A stretch of DNA of 64,000 bases from the NCBI GenBank assembly GCA_043228905.1, contig JBHGNT010000001.1, positions 7,564,001-7,628,000 of the forward strand. The letters run 5' to 3'. Shown here in pieces: positions 47,980 through 59,974 of this stretch. Below the pieces are notes generated by a model. The model ran no database searches. It was not told the origin of the DNA and saw only the letters and a list, made by a program, of their open reading frames with translations. The DNA is from Azolla caroliniana (taxonomy: Eukaryota > Plantae > Polypodiophyta). A program made the translations under genes and the position numbers. The first letter of the stretch is position 1; each line of letters opens with the position of its first letter.

Positions 47980-50675
47980 GCTCCAAGGTCTGTCAAGGAT
48001 CTAGTGAAGAAGACGAGAAGCTTTCTAGTAAAGACGATGATGGTGGTGGTGGTGGTGGTGATGATGATGATGAAGATCAGGAGGAGGATGTGGTGGATGC
48101 AGATGAATTGGACATCATGGATAACAGCAGCAGCAGGATTGAGCTAACAACCCTAGCCTCCAAAACCCACAGATTCTCCATCCTGCATGAACGATGTGGA
48201 GATGGAGGAGTAGTTCAGGCCAACAAGTCTCATCCTCTGCAGCTCATCACGCCCCAACTCGCAGAGCTTAACGAGCATCATCAGCCATTCAATCGAACCC
48301 CATTAATCCAAGCCAACATGGACAGCCCCAGCACCACCGGTATTTCACAGGAGCTCAAACTGACTACTGCCATCGCCTTCACCAGTTCCCATCAGAACAC
48401 TGCTATGAACCTTCTCCCTCATGCCTTATTCCATGGCCGAGCAGGAGGGGGAGGATCGGGCGTCGGCCGAGTAGTCAGTACCGTCTCATCATCATCCGAA
48501 GATATGTCTAGGGCTTCTGTGGCCCGAGCTGCTTCGAGCCTAATCCATGGTACCAATCAGCAGAGCCATGTCCTGCAACCTAATTCTTGCCACAACATGC
48601 TGGAGACGGTGATGAAGGTCTCCTCCCAGTTCAAAGGGGTTGTCCCTCAACCCAATGGCCGCTGGGGAGCTCAAATCTATGACAAAAACCAGAGGATCTG
48701 GCTAGGCACTTTCAACAAGGAAGAAGAAGCCGCCCGTGCGTACGATCGGGCGGCTCTGAAGTACCGAGGCAAAGACGCGGTCACGAATTTCAAGCCGGCG
48801 GATCATCACCCCGGCGGCAATGCCAAGGAGGGCCACGAGGATCTCATCAATGAAGAGGTGTTCTTGAAGAGCTATAGCAAGGAGAGGGTCGTGGACATGC
48901 TCCGCCGCCACACTTACGAGGAAGAGCTGGAGCAGAAGAGGAAAGAGAGCCACAGTGCATCGGGGGCCGCCGGCAGCTACAATGGTAGCTCGGATCGCGC
49001 GGGCCAGATGCTCGATCTGCGTAATGAATATAATCGCCAATCTGTAGATGCTGCTGGGATTAGGGTTCCCTCCGGTGATGATACCAAACGGAACCATTTC
49101 AATTATCATCATAATCATCAGCAGGGGCCATCCAGTAGCCTTAATCGGGTGAAATCGGATCCACACAGGGAGCATCTGTTCGACAAGAGCCTCACCCCGA
49201 GCGATGTCGGGAAGCTGAACCGGCTGGTCATCCCGAAGCAACACGCGGAGCGCTGCTTCCCGCTCAACAGCAGCACCAATGCCAAAGGTCTCATGCTGAG
49301 CTTGGAGGACTCTTCGGGCAAGATGTGGCGCTTCCGCTACTCGTACTGGGGCAGCAGCCAGAGCTACGTGTTCACCAAGGGGTGGAGCGGGTTCGTGAAG
49401 GAGAAGAAGCTCGAGGCGGGGGACGTGGTCTCGTTCGAGCGAGGCACGGGCCCGAGCCCGAGTGTCGGGAGCCTGTATATCAATTGCCGGAGGCGGCCTG
49501 TCACCATCACGGCCACTTCTTGTGGTGGTGGTGGTGGTGGTGGTCTGTTCGCGGCCCCTCCAAGCGATCATGCCATGGGGATGATGCATCGTCATCATCA
49601 TGTACAGCTCATTCATCATCCTGCATCATCTAGGATGCACCTGCCTGTGCCTTTAGCACATCATAATATGCATCATCTTCATGCCCATGCCCAACCGGGT
49701 ATGGTTCCAATGAATGGTGGTTTGGTCTCCAACTCTGCTAGTCATGCTAGGAGTGCTTGCCAATCATCACATTCCGATGCGAGCAACCTGGACTTCAATC
49801 TAGGCTTGCAACAAGCACTCCCGAAGAATCGATTGAGGCCATCGTCATCATCATCCCTCGGGCCGGAGCAATACGGTGGTGAAGTGGTTAGCAGGGATCA
49901 TCAAGCAATGGCACATCACCCTAGCTATGTTACTGTTCATGCACCTCATGACTTATACCTCCTCAAGAGGGAGGACATGATTGCTAATTCTAGCATGACC
50001 ATGCATCAGAAGAAGGCTATGGCTAGAGATGGCGGTGATAGTACGAGTGGACTTATCAGCCCCGAAGCTCTCGCTCTCGGGCAAGGGCAGTTCTTCCGGC
50101 AACCCTTTGGTGGTATCGAAGGTCCCGGCATGATGCGGAATCAGCATGAAGAGCATGGTGAACATACGGCCCGATTGTCGGGGTCGGGCCGAACTTCGAG
50201 CATATCTTGCGAAGAGCTAGGGTCGTCCCTAAGGCCAGGCAAGGATCACTTCACCTCGGACACTAATTCTCGTCATGGCCTCAGAGCCGGTGGGACCTTA
50301 GTAAGTCACCTGGAAGGGAAATTGGAGTTGTCTAACAACAATGGCATAGACCTCATATCTTCGAACTCGACATCGACGACTTCGAGAGTGGGGTTGAGGC
50401 TCTTTGGTGTTGATGTCAAGACCCATGGCAATATTGCTAGGCCTAATGAAGAAGAAGAAGAAGAAGAAGATTATGATGGGGAAGAAGAAGTAGTAGAAGA
50501 AGAAGCCGGCCGAGACTACTCACCACATTGCCGTGAGAAACAATCGCTCTCGAATGATAACAAGAGGGCATTCGATGATGCGAATTCCCAAACATCTAGT
50601 GAAAGTTGCTCTAAGAAATGTAAGTCATCTTTGTGTAACAGTAACTATAATGGGGCCAACGATTCTATGAGGTAA
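47980..50675 (+). CDS. RAV: AP2/B3 RAV-family (RAV1/TEMPRANILLO-like) transcription factor, main exon; spliced product ~1051 aa
   Basis: AP2 domain [45 protein letters not shown], linker [14 protein letters not shown]3 domain [32 protein letters not shown]...[29 protein letters not shown], and repression motif LRLFGV. Confidence 0.95.
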
Positions 50676-53600
50676 TTATTATTAGATTTGGTTCCAACAA
50701 GTTCCCCCTTGTAAAAAAAAGAAAAGAACAGAAAAAAGAAGAAGAAGAAATGATCCATCTTCCAGATTCTTTCACATGAGTTGAGAAGATTTTAAGGCTT
50801 TTGTGATCAAAACCCTTGTACCATAACATATGATCACCCAAAACATTTTTTCTTTAATACAAAAATGGTAATGGAATTACATTTGTTTATGGAGGCTCTG
50901 CACTAAATTAAAGCTCAAAATCAATAATGCTCATCTATATCAGTGTGAGCACATAACATTCTACTACTATATAACACAACTTAACTTGCTACCCCTCAAA
51001 CCAATCTTCGTTGTTGCTTGGCCTAAGAGAATGAATAGTATGTAAATGGTAGGAATGTTATGTCCACCTCCTACACACCCACCAAGAGAACTTGTAAATT
51101 GGTGTACATAGCCATAATTATCCACTCATTTTCTTCCGTATGTGCACTAATGTAACTCGACAAACAAATTCCCCTTTTGAAGTGGCACCTTGATGTTTTG
51201 CCGAAAGAGAGGTGAGCATTGACGGACATACACGTTTGGTTCATTTCGTTAATCTTGTGAGAGAAGAAAAAGCTTGGTGTTAATGTTTATTTATGTTGTT
51301 GGTCACATGGGGAACTCTCGCCTTCGGGAATCTCATTGGAGTGGCTCAAAATTGATTGACTTTTCAAGTAAGATAAGCAAGATTTTCTAGAGGCTCATGA
51401 TAAATGAGGCCTTGAAGTTGGTCCCAATAATTAATCTATGCTTGGACTCTAATGGATTATTGTAGAAAAGCTCTTGGCAAAGCTCCCCATTGATGCTATC
51501 TCCTAAGACACGTGTTGACCATGTTGTTGCACATCTATGACAGTTTATAGGATGAGTCTCGATGTACCTTGTTGTAGACTTTGCTAAGTGTATTTTCGAG
51601 GGAGAATATTTTGTTTGAGTGGAATAAGTGGTTTGTTACAAAGTTGTGGTTTCAAGATCCAATTGGGGTATCTTTGATTAATAAAACCCAATTGACTAGG
51701 GGGAACCCATCCATGCATATGAATGTTATCTATTCTTCACTACTACCACCACCGGTTATGGTATCAACCAAATAAACATTGAACATTTTCAAAGGCTTAT
51801 CGTTAGATCCTCTTTTGCAAACTAGGTCGATCATGCCTAAAATATAAAAGGGTCTGAATGTCTTGTTCTGTAATTCTAGATTGTTGTAGAAAGACTTGAA
51901 CACTTTTTAGAGTTGGCGACGATGTAACACTAACTTGAATAACAAGACGTGAATTTGTTGCATATTGTTTCCGAAACAAGTGAAAAAGATATAGAAGGTT
52001 CTATTGCATAATAAATCAATCTCCATCATTAAGGGAGAGTGTGGAACTTGCATGAAATCATCAAACTGTTTTAGATCTTGCTTCCCTATTGGATGTTCAT
52101 TATGTGATAATCCACATTATTTCTCTTTTTTTGAAAAAGTTGATATTTATGCATAGGGAATCCATGCCACTGCACCTAAGGTCACACAGATTTCTCCAGT
52201 GGGATATTCACACAATCTTCATCAAGTCTTTTTGCCTATGCATCAAACATCAAGCCTCCTTGGGTTCTAGGACAACAAGGGTGGGTGAGATGAGGGCGAA
52301 TGATGCTATTCTTTAGTTGGGGATGTAAGTTGAATGCCATCACTTCACATGATTGTTTCCTCTTATGTCAACTTGGGACCTATTGCATTGTCATGACTTG
52401 TAAGGAGAAACAATATTTTGAAACTTCACCTTTAGAACCATTTCATTCGAAACAAGCAGAGGGGATATTTTTGTACATTATTGGTTGTAAAAAGTTGTAC
52501 GCTTTTTTGTGTCTCAATGGTAGCGTCCAAGGGATGCTCCGAGTATTGCTCAAGGAGAGTCTATGGATGGGACTTGGTGATAACGACTTGATTCAAAAAT
52601 ATTTTAAGTATAAGCTCCTTTCTACTCTCTTTCCAATGTGGTAGTTGGGCATTTAATGTATTTTAAGCCTCTCATCTTCCAAAGAGCGAGACAAAAGCAA
52701 CTTGCATATTGTTTTAAGTGTTTATCATAATGATATCAACTCCGATGAATCAAATGTAGTTTGTAGCTTATGACCCATGTGGTACAAGTATAGTACATAT
52801 GGAACGCCAATAATCCACTTGATTCCAAATGTTACGATGGTTTTTAGGTAATGTATTTGTAACAACACTATTTCATATTCATATTCTAATTTGGCTCATA
52901 AATCATGTTTAAAGATGTTCTGAATGCAAAGTGCAGATTATCACATTAAACTTTGAGTCAAAAATAGCATAGAATATTGTGTGTATGTATGAAGTAAACA
53001 TGTTCCACAATGATCAAACGGATAATCCATATGCCAATGGATAGAAACTTATTGCTCAAGTTATATCATGGTAATTGTAAATGTTATTGTAGTGGAAGAA
53101 AGTGAAAGGATCTAGTATTTCAACCAATCCATAGATTTCAAAGGTCCTTTATACTTTATAGCCTTCATTAGAGTCTTTGACTAATGGGACCCCAAAGTTT
53201 GGACATTAATAGTGAAATCACAAGTTTCAAGCATGATATCCATTGAAGTATCAATGCATCATGTCCATTGTCTAGAGAAACCTTAATCAGATCAACAATG
53301 TCAAGCAATGGGGCAAATACAAATAAGCAAGGAATTTGATATGTGGGTTTCCAACCTGTAATTTTCCACGTGCATTTCTATCAAAGTTGCAAAATAAACA
53401 CAGCCATAATGTAGCCCAGTATGTGCAATAGGAAAAAAGAAACGTAGTTTGTGCATGTTTTATGGCTTTAGGGGTAAGTGAGTAGAAATGTACGATGGTT
53501 TTCTTTTTTCTAAAAGCAGTTAGAGTAGGGAGTGTTGATGTGAACCTTGACAAGATGGGATATAAACTTTACATACTATAGCAAATTATATACACGTTTT

Positions 53601-54493
53601 GGACATAGTCTACCCCAAATTATTGTTCAATTTGTGGACCCTAATTAGTAATGATCTTTTTACCGTACATAGTGAAAGGTAATATCAACAACAAAGGTTA
53701 ATAATTGAAAAATATCACCAAGTGAAGAAGAATTATCGATATCCTTGTGACAACATACCCATATTGATGCTTCATTTTGGAAACCAAGACGAATGTACAC
53801 ACTAGCAATCACATGTCACTTGCAAGGAATGATAAAATGTGTAGGACATGCCAAAGGCAAGCATGGAAGATCGGCGTCTAATCAAGTTGATCTATAAAAT
53901 GATGTCATTGTCAACCTTGTTTTCCAATGAAAACACACATGGAATTATCACTTTTACAATGGGCATAATGAGCGCCCACATGGCTACGTAAAAAAGTTTC
54001 GGTCATTAGTAATGAGTAAGACCTTGCGATTGTAACTTGTAAGGGCTCCGGGTCAATCTAGGATGTCATCAAACAACAAAAGCTCTAATGAAATTTTCGC
54101 TTTCCCAAAGGAATTGTGGAAGCCACATGGGTAAGTAAAAAAATTAAGTTTGAAGGGTAAGACCCCAATAATCATGACAAGGAAGGGACAATATGCAAGG
54201 ACGTCATCAACCAAGAAAATCATCAAAGGAGATATCACTTTCATAGTGGCACTAAGCAAGCCATGTGGAAAAGTAAAATCCTCAAATGTGAATGAGTAAG
54301 TGTAACATGTAAGGGCCTTGAGTTCAAAGAGTCAAGAAGTGTGGCCTATGCCCTATATCGTTTGACATTCGATGAATGGGTTTTGGGTTATCCTTAGCAA
54401 GACGTGGAGCAAACTTACAGGTTCGTAACAAGTTGCACAAGGAAAATGTGAGAAGAAGCAGAAGAAGAAGGGAACATTTTTGGCAGCCCATGC

Positions 54494-54530
<37 letters not shown>

Positions 54531-55047
54531 AATATTGACTATATCAAATGGTAGTTAATAAAAGAAATAAATTTGAGTCATGAATGACGCATTTGCATAG
54601 TTATCTATCCACACAACATAATTTATGACTGGCATCAATAGCAACAACTATAACAACACTTTAGCCGTGTGTTTGTTTGTTTGTGTGTGTGTATGGATGA
54701 CCACACATCCTACACCAAGTGAACTACCCTCCCCCCCCCCCCCAACTTGCACGATAATACCAATTTAAAACATACCCTTTTTTAACTTCTCTCTCATACG
54801 TAGTATTGTCATTTCAAGGGATTTAAGTATAATATATACATATTCATTCATTCACTTTCACAATCCACGTCTTCTAGGATGATGTTGCAACTTGCCTAAT
54901 GACCCATCCAAACTTCAATAGAATATAAACAACAAGTCAATGAGTTCAACTCCCATAAAACCACATGTTGTTAGGAATAGAGATTTTTGTTTGTTTCATT
55001 ATTATTATTATATAATTTCTTAACAACATGTAATATTATGATCTATT

Positions 55048-55099
<52 letters not shown>

Positions 55100-55129
55100 A
55101 CAAAGTTCTAGCAACAATAAGGGAGCCAT

Positions 55130-56630
55130 TTATGCTTCCTTTTTGTCAGGCCTCCTTTCAAGTGGATGTCTACTTTGCCAGAGTTTTTCAAGAATGTAAA
55201 GCATTGTCTAAGCTCAAAACTCAAAGAAATTGGTCAAACCTACTAGATGCAAACAAATGGCTTGAATGGCTCCATATTGGCCTTGTTTTAGATGAGATAA
55301 CCCTATTCAGCATGAATAATGTGTTTAGGTCACAATTTCACTAAATTTGAATGGATATATTTACTTGGTAGCTTAGAAAGTTGGTTTTTAGTATCTAAAG
55401 AAAGAAAAAGAAAACAAAGCATAAAAGTTATAGCATCTATACAACATATGATTTTTCTAGGAACCTTAAAATAAAGGTGACCAACAAAAGCTTCCAAGTG
55501 AGATGATGGAAAGAACAGGGTGTCCACATGAAAGGCAATCTAAGATGTTTGACATGTCCAACATTGACTTCCTTGAAAAAAGAGTGAGCCTTAAATTTCT
55601 TTTCACCTTTTTGCCCACTATCTGCATGTGATGGTGAAGCAACTTGGATGAGTTGCGTTTCTATTTGGCAAAATTCATTCGAGATAGATATCTTAATCTC
55701 TTCCAAGTAACAACATTGGCAACTTGCACATGTTATGATCCTATCTATATGTCTTGGCCTTTCTAGTTTTGATTTGCCAAACAAATCTCTCAATAGAAGA
55801 ACTTGTGTTGCTACCTTTCCGCTTCTATTATTTCGTCTTAAGTTGTTCAGTTGTCTTCCTAATTCTGAAAGACTTTCATGGACATTAAAGAACTTGATCA
55901 AATTTCTCCCCTTTGTGATATAAATGGAAGTTTTCTATATTTAACCCTTTTCATTCTTTTGATTATATATGGAAAACTATGATCTATAACTTGGTAAGGT
56001 TTGGCTTGTTTTCTTCTTCATCTTGTTGAAACATTCCTTCTAACACATTTGCGTTCACATTTTGAAAGCATTTCCAAAATATTACAAAACTATTGATGAA
56101 AGATGGGACACTTTCGTAGAATGGCTTTACAACCAAATCTTTAGGGTACATTTAAGGAAAGGTGGATGGATATCTTTTAGCGATAAATACTACAAAAAAA
56201 GTAATTTAATGTTCACGAAGACATTCGAAGTGGGTTAGGTTGAAAAATCTAAAGTTACAATAAGATTACACACTCGTTCAACTCCCAATTCACACCATTC
56301 CTGAGACCTGTGTGTCAAATTTTTCGATATCTAGCATGATACCCTCAGAAGCCCCAACCACCAACTCTTTTGTTTTTGGATTAATGCGATGCGACCATGT
56401 CAATACCGTAAGTTTCCTTTCACCATGCATTAAACTTGACCTTAGCCCCAATGTCATAAGGAGGCCCATACTTAGCACATCAACTAGCCCACAACTCCAA
56501 CTCATCAAATATGGTCCCTTATCTCAAATGCTCACATGTAGTCCCCATTTTGATTTTCGGCAAGTGGCCAAATGTATGGAGTGTCTCTCATTATGTGAAA
56601 AAGTTCAAAAAAACCACCTTAAGCCATGAA
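55130..56630 (-). mobile_element. Possible highly decayed LINE ORF2 relic (endonuclease-to-RT linker)
   Basis: Weak motifs only: LTWS...N and GEKKFKAHSFFKEV, which resembles the LINE linker GE..TKFF. No intact domain. Confidence 0.3.
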
Positions 56631-56738
56631 TTTGTGAATGTGTAGATGTGATTTTCCCATTTCTCTTCTTTCCAAGAAGCCCTCTTCTTAATAAACAAGC
56701 ACCCTTTTCAGTGCCCATTATTTGGATATCATAGTTTA

Positions 56739-56840
56739 TAGGGAAAAGTACCAAGATACCCCTGGAAGTTCATCTATTTACCAGAATGCCCCTGAAAGTT
56801 CCAAATTTACCAAATTACCCCTATGTCCAAAAAATTACAC
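56739..56840. repeat. Mutator/MITE-like terminal repeat fragment
   Basis: GGGAAAAGTACCAAGATACCCCTG followed by TTTACCA...CCCCT sub-repeats. A similar relic lies at ~22286-22418. Partner TIR not found. Confidence 0.3.
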
Positions 56841-56891
56841 TTTATAAAGTAATTATATCATGCCTTGTGCATATTCATTTAGATCCTCACC

Positions 56892-58583
56892 TCATTTGAA
56901 TTCATGAATGAGATTAACAACAACATCTTGATTCTTGCCTGCTCCATTTTGTATCCTCATGGCTTCAATGTTGTTTGCATGACCATGCATTCGAGCAGCT
57001 ACATAAATATTCCACATACAAATATAAACTGAGATGCATTTTTTGTCGAGCCGTATTGCATGTTCAAAGGCCATCCTTCCAAGCTTAACATTTCCCCATT
57101 TTCTACAAGCACCCAACAATGTTGTCCACACTTCTATATAATCTGATATCGGCATCCTGTTGATCAAGGTTAATGCCTCGTCAAAGTGGCCGGCTCTACC
57201 AAAAAGATCAATCATACAAGTGTGATGCTCCAAAGTTGGCACAAAGCCATACTCATTGCTCATAATGTCAAAGTAATATGGGCCCTTATCCAATAGACCT
57301 CCATGACTACATGCATTAAGAACAACCGTAAATGTCACCAAACTTGGCTTTACTTCTTCTCTAATCATGCTATCGAATAATGTAACAACAATGTCTGCAT
57401 TCCCTAATTGGGCATAACCTGAAATTAATGAAGTCCATGCAACCACATCACGTACATTAAGTTTCTCAAAAACCTCTTTTGCTTTTGGAAGTAGACCACA
57501 TTTTGCATACATATCCACCAATGCATTGCCTAGCCTACCTATTTCTGAAAGACCTTCTCTTATAATCTCTTTGTGTACTTCAATGCCCTTTCCAGCTGCT
57601 CCCATGATACTACATGCTTTCGCGACGGAAAGAAAAGTTACCGAGTTAGGGTGAATTCCCTCATACCGCATACATTCAAAGCATTTGAGTGCTTCTTCTC
57701 CAAGTTCATTTTGGACATATCCTGCAATTAATGCATTCGATGATACCACATTCCGGAAAGCAAGTCGATCGAATATTTCCTGTGCTTTCATGATGGCATC
57801 ACATTTGGAATACATATTGATCAAAGCAGCACCAACCAAAACATTCGTTTCCATTAAGGGCACCGCTCGCATAATCTCAGCATAAATTGCCGTTCCTTTT
57901 TCTGTTGCTTTTATGCTACCACATGCTTTCAGGATAGAAACAAAAGTAAATGCATTTGGAGTGTATCCTTCTCCCTTCATCCTATCAAAATAGGTTAGAG
58001 CTTCCTCATCATGTCTATGTTGGGCATATCCTGATATGAGTGCATTCCAGCTTACTGTATCTCGAATCGGAAGCTCATTAAACACTCGATGTGCTTTAGT
58101 TAATGCACCACATCTGGCATACATGTCAACCAATGCATTTCCAAGACAAACGTCATTTGCAAATAACCCCTGTTTAAGAATCTTAGCATGCATTTCCTCG
58201 CCTTTAATATCGACCGATCCCATGCTTCCACATGCTTTTAAGATGCTGAGAAAAGTAACCGAATTAGGAGAGAGACCTTCATTTTGCATCCGACTGAAAT
58301 GTCGAAGCGCTTCTTCTCCTTTCTCATGTTGAGCATATCCTGCGATCAAAGCATTCCAAGAGACAGTATCTCGGGTTCGCAACTCATCAAACACTTGTTG
58401 CGCCTTTGGAAGGTAGCCACATCTTGCATACACATTCACTAAAGCACTACCGATGCAAATGTCTTTGTGAAGTAAACCATGCCTTATTATTATATCAGAA
58501 TGGATCTTATTTCCTTTATTCAGATCTTTTTGTTGAGCACAAACCTTTAGTAGGGCCACGATCGGTGCAGTCTCTCGCTTCAT
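56892..58583 (-). CDS. PLS-class pentatricopeptide repeat protein with an E-type C-terminus and no DYW domain (563 aa)
   Basis: Intronless ORF with repeated P-L-S triplets (NALVDMYARCG / DTVSWNALIAGYAQH / PNSVTFLSILKAC), then HHTCMIDLFGRAG and E-motif VWTTLLGACRKWGNVKLG. The start codon is uncertain. Confidence 0.92.
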   Translation of the reverse strand: MKRETAPIVALLKVCAQQKDLNKGNKIHSDIIIRHGLLHKDICIGSALVNVYARCGYLPKAQQVFDELRTRDTVSWNALIAGYAQHEKGEEALRHFSRMQNEGLSPNSVTFLSILKACGSMGSVDIKGEEMHAKILKQGLFANDVCLGNALVDMYARCGALTKAHRVFNELPIRDTVSWNALISGYAQHRHDEEALTYFDRMKGEGYTPNAFTFVSILKACGSIKATEKGTAIYAEIMRAVPLMETNVLVGAALINMYSKCDAIMKAQEIFDRLAFRNVVSSNALIAGYVQNELGEEALKCFECMRYEGIHPNSVTFLSVAKACSIMGAAGKGIEVHKEIIREGLSEIGRLGNALVDMYAKCGLLPKAKEVFEKLNVRDVVAWTSLISGYAQLGNADIVVTLFDSMIREEVKPSLVTFTVVLNACSHGGLLDKGPYYFDIMSNEYGFVPTLEHHTCMIDLFGRAGHFDEALTLINRMPISDYIEVWTTLLGACRKWGNVKLGRMAFEHAIRLDKKCISVYICMWNIYVAARMHGHANNIEAMRIQNGAGKNQDVVVNLIHEFK

Positions 58584-59974
58584 TCATGAGGTGTGGTTTA
58601 GGGTACCGTACAAATTATTCACGGACTCTGGTGCCATTACATATCTTTCATGGGCTTCTCCCCAACGCATGAAATGAAGCAGTTTTTCAAACTTTGTGGA
58701 TTAATTTAAGCTTGACTCCATGATCTCACCATGTGACAACTCCTTCCTTTATAGCCTTCTCCTAATTTAGCCCTCGACGAGTCGGAGGGCAGTAGTGAGC
58801 AAGAAGCTCAAGCAGAGGAATGGTTACCAAACATGTATGAATCGAATATATAGTCTACTCTGGTTATTATATATGTGTATTTTCGCCTTGCACTCATGAG
58901 TCAATCAATGCGTTGAGATTTTGTTTCTGTTATGCACCGGATGGATTCGATGAAACTTGTTCATCATGCTATACCTAGCAGGTTACAAGATCTACGAATC
59001 CTCCACCCTATTTTCTATGAGACTCTTGTAGTGTCGCAAAAAGTATTCAACCTAATGTGCTGTACAAACGCTACTCCTTAGATCGGACACGGCTGCAGTA
59101 TATATATATCAAGAGATCACAATAAAATAAATAAATACACAACCACTAGAATTATATATATACATATACATATATATATATATATATATTCGAACATTTG
59201 AATTCCATTATCTGACAGAAAACTGCTCCATTTGCCCAGATACGAGTGTTGTTTCTATATCCCTTTGTTGAGAAATTGGATCAGCAAATGGGACTTCGAC
59301 AGTCTGTTAAAGGAAAGTGAAGGATATAATAAATCTATAAGCAATGGTATTTACCAAACTCCGTCTATAATGAGAAGATCAACGTAGTCCATGCACTTTG
59401 TGGCATACATCTAAGCTATAATTCACCCACACATAACTTAGAGACCATTACTGTCATATTCGCACAAGCTCAGATAAAACAACTATTGAGCATGAAAACG
59501 GATTAGCATTTGAAGTGTAGCATCTATCGTTTAATCCAGACTTTCACTTCTATATTGTTGTTTTCAACTTCTTGATGATCAACAAGCTTAATATCTTGTA
59601 TAGGTTTAATGTCTACAGAGTTATTGAGTCTTCATATGTTTTTTCATTTATGCAAAACAGCTCAGGTGTGTATATTTCATATGATTGTAAGCATGAACGT
59701 AACTACTCACATTTCCATTTTTCTCAATCGTTTGGTTGAACTGGACAAGGTAATATATCATACTTTGTTATACTTGGAATTTTGTTCTATTTTTCGAGAA
59801 AAGAGTACCTATGTTAGTGTGCTTTTCTCTACACCACATTCTTTCCATAACGTACATGTTGCATTTACAGAGTTCACAAACTATGGCTTGGCTCTCTTTA
59901 TGCACACTTAACATCGATGTTAATCTTCATACCTTGAAGTGTCTATTCGTCATGCTTTATGCCCTCTTTTAACT

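Noticed and set aside
48702-49619. 305-aa antisense ORF over the RAV AP2-B3 region
   Set aside because: Shadow ORF of GC-rich coding sequence with no recognisable motif.
53640-54480. Gypsy integrase relic
   Set aside because: Only a faint HFIIPCK-like resemblance. Too degraded to support a call.
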